DNA from: an uncultured Chitinophagaceae bacterium
GTDB lineage: Bacteria > Bacteroidota > Bacteroidia > Chitinophagales > Chitinophagaceae
NCBI GenBank assembly: GCA_903883945.1
Contig: CAISCV010000198.1
Span: 5,235 to 69,234, forward strand
Length of the DNA stretch: 64,000 nt
Reading direction: 5' to 3'
Shown: one piece after another, positions 57,355 to 64,000 of the stretch
How positions within the stretch are numbered: position 1 is the stretch's first letter
Layout of the letters: the number at the start of each line of letters is the position of its first letter
Notes under the pieces: generated by a model
What the model saw: the letters and a program-made list of their open reading frames with translations, nothing else
Told to the model about the DNA's origin: nothing
Database searches by the model: none
Program-made: the position numbers and the translations under genes

Positions 57355-57975
57355 TTATTTACTTACTACCGCTGTCGTTGATGCTGTTGTTTTAACTTGC
57401 TTGGTTTTAATGTACTTAATAACCATCCATCTTTGTTTTCTGCTTAACTGAGAAGCATAACTACCCATTAAGTTTTTACCATAGGTAACAGAATAAAACA
57501 TTTGTCCTTCAGGCATACTTTCATACTTGACATCACCTACCAATGTAGCAGGTTTTGCAGGATATGGTCCGTCACCACCTTTGTACAATGGACCATTTCC
57601 ATCTAGTTTTAGTCCATGACAAATACCACAGTTTACTAAGTATAATCTTTCAGCTTCTTTCAAATCGGTTTGAGACAAACTATCGATTGGACTTTTAACT
57701 TGTTTGGAGAGAATATAATTTGTTGTATCTCCTGCTTTATCTTTAGCAATTGAGAAAGGTAATTCTTCTCCTCGTGCAATTGTTCCTTTAACTGGTTGAT
57801 TGGTATAATTAATACCCTCATTCTTTAAAAAACTATGGTCTGCATACGTTTCATACGCTCTACTGTAAGCCATATCTGGCATGTAGATATCACCTGGCTT
57901 ACGCTTAACATCACTACAACTGATTATCAACAGCGAAAGACTAATAAACCCAACTATGAATATATATTTCTTCAT
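57355..57975 (-). CDS. actE: Alternative complex III subunit ActE (lipoprotein mono-heme cytochrome c)
   Basis: Lipobox LLIISC and a single CGICHG heme motif. The likely start MKKYIFIV is at 57975; the longer ORF running to 58035 would overlap actD. Confidence 0.8.
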   Translation of the reverse strand: MKKYIFIVGFISLSLLIISCSDVKRKPGDIYMPDMAYSRAYETYADHSFLKNEGINYTNQPVKGTIARGEELPFSIAKDKAGDTTNYILSKQVKSPIDSLSQTDLKEAERLYLVNCGICHGLKLDGNGPLYKGGDGPYPAKPATLVGDVKYESMPEGQMFYSVTYGKNLMGSYASQLSRKQRWMVIKYIKTKQVKTTASTTAVVSK

Positions 57976-57985
57976 TTTATTAATA

Positions 57986-58576
57986 TTAAGCAGCAATTTC
58001 ATTAGTATTTTCAAAAGGAACTTCGTCCTTATCATAACTACCTACCCACCAATCAGCTTCTGCTATCTGCAATTCTGTTTCTACCGCACCTGCATTTGAT
58101 AAAAAAGATTTTAAGTCATCTGTATTTGTCTTATCGGTACATTCAATAACCATTACAAACAAATCATCCGTAGCACGCAAATGAAAACGGTGCTTCTTAA
58201 CGAAAGGTGCCAACTGACACAAATAACAAAAGGTAAGTACCATTCCTACAGCCGCGAAAAGTACGGTAAGCTCGAAAGTAATGGGTATCCAAGCTGGCAA
58301 AGCAAAATGCGGCTTTCCTCCAATGTTCAGTGGCCAGTCTTTAGTTAGAATCCAACTGATACAACTCAATGCTGTTGTAGTTCCAGTAATGCCATAGATA
58401 AATCCTGCTGTGTGTAAGCTAGTTTCTCTTAAACCCATTGCATGATCTAGACCATGAACCGGGAAAGGAGTGTATATGTCATGAATTTTGTAACCTACTG
58501 TTCTCACCTTCCTCACTGCAGGGAACAATAAGTCTTCATCATCAAAACATCCAACTACAAATTTCTTTTTTGCCAT
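57986..58576 (-). CDS. actD: Alternative complex III subunit ActD (DUF3341-type)
   Basis: 196 aa. The N-terminus FDDEDLLFPAVRKVRTVGYKIHDIYTPFPVHGLDHAMG plus two TM helices is typical of ActD. Confidence 0.8.
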   Translation of the reverse strand: MAKKKFVVGCFDDEDLLFPAVRKVRTVGYKIHDIYTPFPVHGLDHAMGLRETSLHTAGFIYGITGTTTALSCISWILTKDWPLNIGGKPHFALPAWIPITFELTVLFAAVGMVLTFCYLCQLAPFVKKHRFHLRATDDLFVMVIECTDKTNTDDLKSFLSNAGAVETELQIAEADWWVGSYDKDEVPFENTNEIAA

Positions 58577-58628
58577 ATATTTTTATTAACTCAAATTATA
58601 GAAATTCGACTTTTATATTACCTGAAAT

Positions 58629-60098
58629 TTAATTTGATCCGTGATTCTCAACCAATGTATGACCATGACCACTGTGTGCAAATACTTCAGCTGGCACATG
58701 CTCCAAGTGCCCCATTTTTTCTTTGTAATTCTCACCGGTTGTTTTGAGAACAAATTTAATTTCTGCAACAGCAATCACAGGGAAGTACTTAGCAAAAAGG
58801 AAGAAACAAGTGAAGAATAAGCCAAAAGTTCCTAGGTAAAATCCTATTTCATAGATAGTCGGACTGTAATAAACACTCCAAGAAGAAGGTAGGTAGTCGC
58901 GATACAATGAAGTAACAATAATTACAAAACGCTCAAACCACATACCGATATTTACGATGATACTCATGAAGAAAGTAACATAAATGTTTCTTCTCATTTT
59001 TCTGAACCAGAAAATCTGAGGACTTATCACGTTACAAGCCATCATACCCCAATAGCTCCAACCATAAGGGCTAAACAAATAAGCACGACTATACCAGAAA
59101 GTATATCCTTCATATTTGTTTTGGCTGTACCATCCCATAAACAATTCAGTAAGGTAGGCAATACCAACAACAGATCCTGTCAATACAATTACTTTATTCA
59201 TTGCTTCGATGTGACCCAAGGTAATGTAATCTTCTAAAGCAAATACTTTTCTAACAATCAATAGTAACGATTGCACCATTGCAAATCCTGAGAAGATAGC
59301 TCCTGCTACGAAGTAAGGAGGGAAAATGGTGGTATGCCATCCAGGAATAACTGAAGTAGCAAAGTCAAAAGATACGATTGTGTGTACCGAAAGTACTAGC
59401 GGAGTGGATAAACCAGCTAACACTAAAGAAAGACTTTCGTGTCTTTGCCAGTGTTTAGCACTTCCTGACCAACCAAAGGCAGCAGTACCATATAATTTCT
59501 GACGTAATTTAGTTTTAGCACGGTCTCTTACTGTTGCAAAGTCAGGCAATAAACCACTGTACCAGAATAATAAAGAAACAGTAAAATAAGTAGAAATCGC
59601 AAATACGTCCCAAAGTAATGGAGAATTGAAATTTACCCACAATGGCCCACGGCTATTAGGATAAGGCATTACGAAGAAAGCCATCCAGACACGACCCATG
59701 TGGAAGATTGGGAACTGACCAGCACACATTACCGCAAAGATGGTCATCGCTTCCGCAGCTCTGTTTACACCTGTTCTCCAACCTTGTCTGAAAAGTAATA
59801 GTACGGCAGAAATCAAGGTACCTGCGTGGCCAATACCTACCCACCATACGAAGTTGGTGATATCCCAACCCCATCCAATGGTTTTATTTAAGTTCCACTG
59901 TCCGATACCATAGGTAACTTCTCTGTATACACTGTATACCCCAAACATTAAAAGGGCAACTGCAGTGAAGAAGCCAACATACCATAACTTGGAAGGCTTC
60001 GCCTCAATCGGGCGGATAATATCCTCTGTTACCTGATGGTAATCCTTGTTTCCACTTACAAGAGGCTCTCTAAGCTGTGATTCGTATTTTAGATGCAT
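58629..60098 (-). CDS. actC: Alternative complex III subunit ActC (NrfD/PsrC-like quinol-interacting membrane subunit)
   Basis: 489 aa, polytopic, with NrfD-like helices (GIGQWNLNKTIGWGWDITNFVWWVGIGHAGTLISA). Confidence 0.88.
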   Translation of the reverse strand: MHLKYESQLREPLVSGNKDYHQVTEDIIRPIEAKPSKLWYVGFFTAVALLMFGVYSVYREVTYGIGQWNLNKTIGWGWDITNFVWWVGIGHAGTLISAVLLLFRQGWRTGVNRAAEAMTIFAVMCAGQFPIFHMGRVWMAFFVMPYPNSRGPLWVNFNSPLLWDVFAISTYFTVSLLFWYSGLLPDFATVRDRAKTKLRQKLYGTAAFGWSGSAKHWQRHESLSLVLAGLSTPLVLSVHTIVSFDFATSVIPGWHTTIFPPYFVAGAIFSGFAMVQSLLLIVRKVFALEDYITLGHIEAMNKVIVLTGSVVGIAYLTELFMGWYSQNKYEGYTFWYSRAYLFSPYGWSYWGMMACNVISPQIFWFRKMRRNIYVTFFMSIIVNIGMWFERFVIIVTSLYRDYLPSSWSVYYSPTIYEIGFYLGTFGLFFTCFFLFAKYFPVIAVAEIKFVLKTTGENYKEKMGHLEHVPAEVFAHSGHGHTLVENHGSN

Positions 60099-60164
60099 TT
60101 GTATCTATTATTTTTCAGTTTAGGAATAAAATTCCTTTCTTATTGTTTTATATACCAAGAACGA

Positions 60165-63100
60165 CTAAGCTTCTTTTTTCTCTTCTTCAATATTTCTAAC
60201 CTTAGCTAGATAAGTTACATTCGGAAGAACGTGTAATTGCTCCAAAGACAAGAATAAACGGTTAGGATTATCTTTTCTCATGGTAGTTATACTACTCTTT
60301 TTATCGTTTGCATTACCAAAAACAATTGCATTGGTAGGGCAAGCTTGCTGACAAGCAACTTTAATATCTGAATCTTCCAATGGTCTGCTTTCTTTCTTCG
60401 CAGAAAGTTTAGCAGATTGTAATCTTTGAACACAGAAAGAACATTTTTCGATAACACCTCTTGAACGAACTGTAACATCTGGGTTTAATACCATTCTGGT
60501 TAAGTCGTCATTCATGTTTAGAACAACATCATTTACAATTCCCTTCTGGTTGTCTGGGAAGCTGTCTGCACCTGTATAATCAGCCCAGTTAAAACGTCTT
60601 ACTTTATAAGGACAGTTGTTGGCACAATATCTTGTACCGATACAACGGTTATAAGTCATTTGGTTTAACCCTTCACTGCTATGATTGGTTGCTGCAACCG
60701 GGCAAACATTCTCACAAGGAGCATTGTCACAATGTTGACACATTAATGGTTGGAAAACAACTTTTGGATTCTCTAAATCTTCACCGCTATAATATCTGTC
60801 AATACGTAACCATTGCATTTCGTGACCACGCAATACTTCTGGTTTACCTACTATTGCCACATTATTTTCTGCTGTACAAGCAACCACACAAGCGCCACAA
60901 CCATTACAAGTGTTCAAATCAACACTCATACCCCACTTAATACCCGGACGGTCATTCATAGAATCAGGATAGATAGTACCCTGGGCTCTATAATTTTCTA
61001 AACCACCATAAGGTTTTACTTCTGCTTCTCTATCTTCTAATATTTCTGTAGGTTTAGCCTTGAATTCTGCCAAAGTAAGTTCTTTCATTACTTCGGTACG
61101 GTTACCTTGAGCCGTATTATAGATGTTGTGTGTTTGTGTAAGGGCTACCTTAAATTTATCTCCTGTATCTTTAAGATCTACATTAGCAACAGTAAAACTT
61201 ACGGTACCATCAGCCAAAGAAGCAAAAGGGAAGGCATTAGCGCCCACAGGAATACCCGCTTCATCATCAAATACAGACTTTCCTAATTCAACGTTACGTC
61301 CATATCCTAGAGCGATACCAACTGTATCAGGATGCGTACCAGGGATAATTAACGTTGGAAGTTTTACGGTAACGCCATTTGCAGTAATAGATACTACATG
61401 TTTTGGAGGTTTAACTTCATACGCATCTGCCTGACCATTGTTGGTTAAATCGATGTTTAATAAAGTATTTGCTTTAGCAGGAGATACGACTAAGTAGTTA
61501 TCCCATGTTGCTTTAGTAACAGGATCTGGCATTTCTTGTAACCAAGGATTAGCCGTTCCTTCTCCAGCACCAATTGCAACCTTTTGGTATAAATATAATT
61601 CTGTAGTCGTAACTTTTTTGTAAGCACCAATCGCTGAAGTTGCTCCAGCAACACTTGAACTGTTGAAAGAGGCAGCAGCGGCAGCAATAGTAGCAGGGCT
61701 GATTACCCCTTCTTGTAATGCTTTATCCCAACCTGAAGCACCACCAACCTTAGCTAACCAATATTGTTTTAAGAAATCAAGGTAACTTCCTGTTGCACCA
61801 GACCAGCTTAACAAGCTATCTTGCCATTGACGCGTTTTGAACAATGGATAAATAGTAGGTTGTTGGAAAGAGTAGTAACTGGTCTTTATCTCAGCGTCTC
61901 CCCAACTTTCTAAGTAGTGATTGCTAGGAATAACATATTTAACCAGTTTAGTTGTTTCATCTAGTTTACCGCTGAAAGAAACTGTTAGGTTAACTTTCTT
62001 CAATCCTTCAACAAATTTCTTGCTGTCATACCAGGTGTAGGCAGGATTAGCACCAAATATTAATAACCCACCAACACTACCTGCATTCATATCATCTACC
62101 AACTTAGCAAAGTCTGCATCGATACCTGCTTTTGTATTATAAGTAGCAGACCAATCTATTGTTTTACCACCCGCTTGCAAAGCTTCATTGATGGCATTGA
62201 TTATAATCTGAACATTTTTATCATTGCTACCAGAAACAACTAAAGCTTCACCTTTCTTAGCAACCAATTCCTTAGCTGCTTTTTCGATACCTGCTTTTAG
62301 TTTAACATCGCCGATACCTGTAACAGCCTGACCATTAATTGCTGCCAATAAAGCAACTGCAATAGCACCTGTTTCAGATGGACGGTGTAAGAAACGCTCG
62401 TCTGCATTACTACCTGTTAAGCTTGCAACACTTTCAAAGTGAATGTGCTTGCTCATTTCAGGGTTTTTCTCGTCTATTTTTTTACCTGTCGCATATTGTT
62501 TTGCAAATTCTATAGGACTTAACCAGGTACCCAAGAAATCTGCAGCAAGGCTAACAATAACTTTTGCATTATCAAAACGATAATAAGGGATAGCTTTTTT
62601 GCCGTAAGTAGCTTCATTAGCTAACAAAATACCGCTGTAAGAAATGGCATCGTAAACTACATGCTTCGCACCAGGGTGCTTAGCGATAAATTGTGCAATT
62701 ACTTCTTTTGTAGAAGGAGAAACAACAGTACTTGTTAAAATAACAATTGGTGCTGAACCCACTCCAGCAATACCTGCTGCAACAGCTTTATCTACATCCT
62801 CAAAGCTAGCTTCATGGTTATCTATGGTAGGAAAACGCAAACGTGCAGTATCGTACAAGTCTAAGACCGAAGCCTGAACCCTTGCTGAAGTACCTCCTTT
62901 AGTGATGGGGCTTAAATCGTTACCTTCTATTTTAATAGGGCGACCATCTCTAACCTTTGCTAGTACACTAACTGCATCTCCGTCCTGAACGTAAGTTGTA
63001 GCATAGTACATGTAGTTACCAGGAACAATATCTTCTGGTTTATTGGCAAAAGGAATTGCTTTAGTAAAAGGAATTTCACAACTTGCAGCTATAGTAGCAG

Positions 63101-63275
63101 CAGCTGTACTGAAACCCAAGAATTTTAAGAAATCCCTACGTGGATGCTTAGCCTCTAAAAAGCCCTTATCGTCAGCTTCAAACGGTAATTGTTCTTGAAA
63201 TTCATCATTTACCGATTGCTTGTAAGCATCAGAATTATTCAATTCTCCAAAACTTTGCCAATGCTGTTTACTCAT
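60165..63275 (-). CDS. actB: Alternative complex III subunit ActB (Tat-signal, molybdopterin-oxidoreductase-like domain fused to a 4Fe-4S ferredoxin domain)
   Basis: 1036 aa with the twin-arginine motif RRDFLKFLG. The C-terminal cluster motifs are CNGCGACVVAC, CQHCDNAPCENVCP and CIGTRYCANNCPYKVRRFN. Confidence 0.9.
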   Translation of the reverse strand: MSKQHWQSFGELNNSDAYKQSVNDEFQEQLPFEADDKGFLEAKHPRRDFLKFLGFSTAAATIAASCEIPFTKAIPFANKPEDIVPGNYMYYATTYVQDGDAVSVLAKVRDGRPIKIEGNDLSPITKGGTSARVQASVLDLYDTARLRFPTIDNHEASFEDVDKAVAAGIAGVGSAPIVILTSTVVSPSTKEVIAQFIAKHPGAKHVVYDAISYSGILLANEATYGKKAIPYYRFDNAKVIVSLAADFLGTWLSPIEFAKQYATGKKIDEKNPEMSKHIHFESVASLTGSNADERFLHRPSETGAIAVALLAAINGQAVTGIGDVKLKAGIEKAAKELVAKKGEALVVSGSNDKNVQIIINAINEALQAGGKTIDWSATYNTKAGIDADFAKLVDDMNAGSVGGLLIFGANPAYTWYDSKKFVEGLKKVNLTVSFSGKLDETTKLVKYVIPSNHYLESWGDAEIKTSYYSFQQPTIYPLFKTRQWQDSLLSWSGATGSYLDFLKQYWLAKVGGASGWDKALQEGVISPATIAAAAASFNSSSVAGATSAIGAYKKVTTTELYLYQKVAIGAGEGTANPWLQEMPDPVTKATWDNYLVVSPAKANTLLNIDLTNNGQADAYEVKPPKHVVSITANGVTVKLPTLIIPGTHPDTVGIALGYGRNVELGKSVFDDEAGIPVGANAFPFASLADGTVSFTVANVDLKDTGDKFKVALTQTHNIYNTAQGNRTEVMKELTLAEFKAKPTEILEDREAEVKPYGGLENYRAQGTIYPDSMNDRPGIKWGMSVDLNTCNGCGACVVACTAENNVAIVGKPEVLRGHEMQWLRIDRYYSGEDLENPKVVFQPLMCQHCDNAPCENVCPVAATNHSSEGLNQMTYNRCIGTRYCANNCPYKVRRFNWADYTGADSFPDNQKGIVNDVVLNMNDDLTRMVLNPDVTVRSRGVIEKCSFCVQRLQSAKLSAKKESRPLEDSDIKVACQQACPTNAIVFGNANDKKSSITTMRKDNPNRLFLSLEQLHVLPNVTYLAKVRNIEEEKKEA

Positions 63276-63365
63276 AAGTATGATAATTCGATAATGTGTA
63301 GATTGCTTTTACTATATCATCTGTATTAGCGCACCACATTAACAGATTTACTAAATTAACCAATT

Positions 63366-64000
63366 TTAATAATGACACTTTTGACACTCTGTACCACCAA
63401 TCATTTCTACGGTTACACCTCTCGTGCTATCTATCTTGCCGCTCTTTAGATCAGCATGATATTTCTCGTAGATACTATAGAAACCATTATCCTTGAACTG
63501 AACTTTTGTTTCTCTGTGACAGTTAACACACCAACCCATGCTTAACTCAGCAAATTGCTTTACTTCTCCCATCTTCTGGATTTCTCCATGACAAGTTTGA
63601 CAAGCAACCTGACCAACTTTTACGTGTTGTGCGTGGTTGAAATAAACGTGATCTGGCAGGTTGTGGATACGAACCCACTCGATAGGTTGTGCTTTGGTAG
63701 CATCCCATGGTTTGCCTTCTTCGAAACCAGCGTATTTGTATAGTTTCTTTATTTCAGCGGTACCATTTACTTCTTCATTTTCTTCATTGTAAATCTTAGC
63801 ACCCTTGTATTCATTGATAGCCATGTGGCAATTCATACAAATATTTACAGAAGGGATAGTTGCTTGTTTGCCTTGATAAACACCAATGTGACAGTACTGA
63901 CAATTGATTTGATTTACGCCAGCATGAACCTTGTGAGAATAGTAGATTGGTTGAACTGGTTGATAATTTTTTGTACGACCATAACTGATAGCCCCCCTAG
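63366..64000 (-). CDS. actA: Alternative complex III subunit ActA (multi-heme cytochrome c), C-terminal part; the N-terminus lies beyond the window end
   Basis: CxxCH motifs are CMNCHM, CQTCHG, CVNCHR and CQKCHY. The frame stays open upstream of the listed Met at 63836 through to position 64000. Confidence 0.85.
   Translation of the reverse strand, partial: RGAISYGRTKNYQPVQPIYYSHKVHAGVNQINCQYCHIGVYQGKQATIPSVNICMNCHMAINEYKGAKIYNEENEEVNGTAEIKKLYKYAGFEEGKPWDATKAQPIEWVRIHNLPDHVYFNHAQHVKVGQVACQTCHGEIQKMGEVKQFAELSMGWCVNCHRETKVQFKDNGFYSIYEKYHADLKSGKIDSTRGVTVEMIGGTECQKCHY

Noticed and set aside
60165-63275. ActB as a genuine molybdoenzyme or a novel oxidoreductase
   Set aside because: The domain order, the Tat signal and the context (actA-F) identify it as the ACIII subunit, whose molybdopterin-like domain is known to lack the cofactor. 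Nothing here suggests a different function.

Overview
This is a chromosomal window from a Bacteroidota genome. The taxon is inferred from a SusC/SusD pair, T9SS C-terminal sorting domains and the gene order of the ACIII/cytochrome oxidase block; it is probably Chitinophagia or Sphingobacteriia, but that cannot be resolved from sequence alone. Most of the content is ordinary housekeeping:
- a partial lptD-like gene, a cell-wall amidase, recX, dnaN, GDP-mannose and arabinose-5-P genes, recQ, and a GDE-type glycogen debranching enzyme;
- a three-gene SusC/SusD/DUF1735-like PUL and a YceI-porin-YceI cluster;
- osmC, pnuC plus a NadR-type kinase, plsY and prmA;
- an HMA protein, an S9 peptidase and a T9SS-tagged multicopper oxidase;
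- a DinB protein, an S8 peptidase, and an OmpA protein with thrombospondin type 3 (TSP3) repeats;
- a 14-gene co-linear respiratory block (actABCDEF, coxII, coxI, cyoE, two coxIII, coxIV, SCO1, DUF420) that runs off the right edge.

I found no tRNA, rRNA, CRISPR array or recognisable defence system.

The repeat landscape is what standard annotation does not explain. Five tandem arrays with different unit sequences all share a ~21-bp phase. Two of them (14852-15051 and 47191-47362) are in-frame heptad ORFs encoding S-D-T plus four hydrophobic residues. Each lies upstream of, and on the same strand as, one of two divergent paralogous signal-less proteins (15100-16008 and 45633-46667). The second copy sits in a small islet flanked by an IS630 transposase remnant and a possible Y1/RayT-like transposase remnant. 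This duplicated array-plus-gene module is my best candidate for something undescribed, but its function is unknown and the coding status of the arrays is unproven. All family assignments come from reading the supplied translations and recalling motifs; no searches were run.
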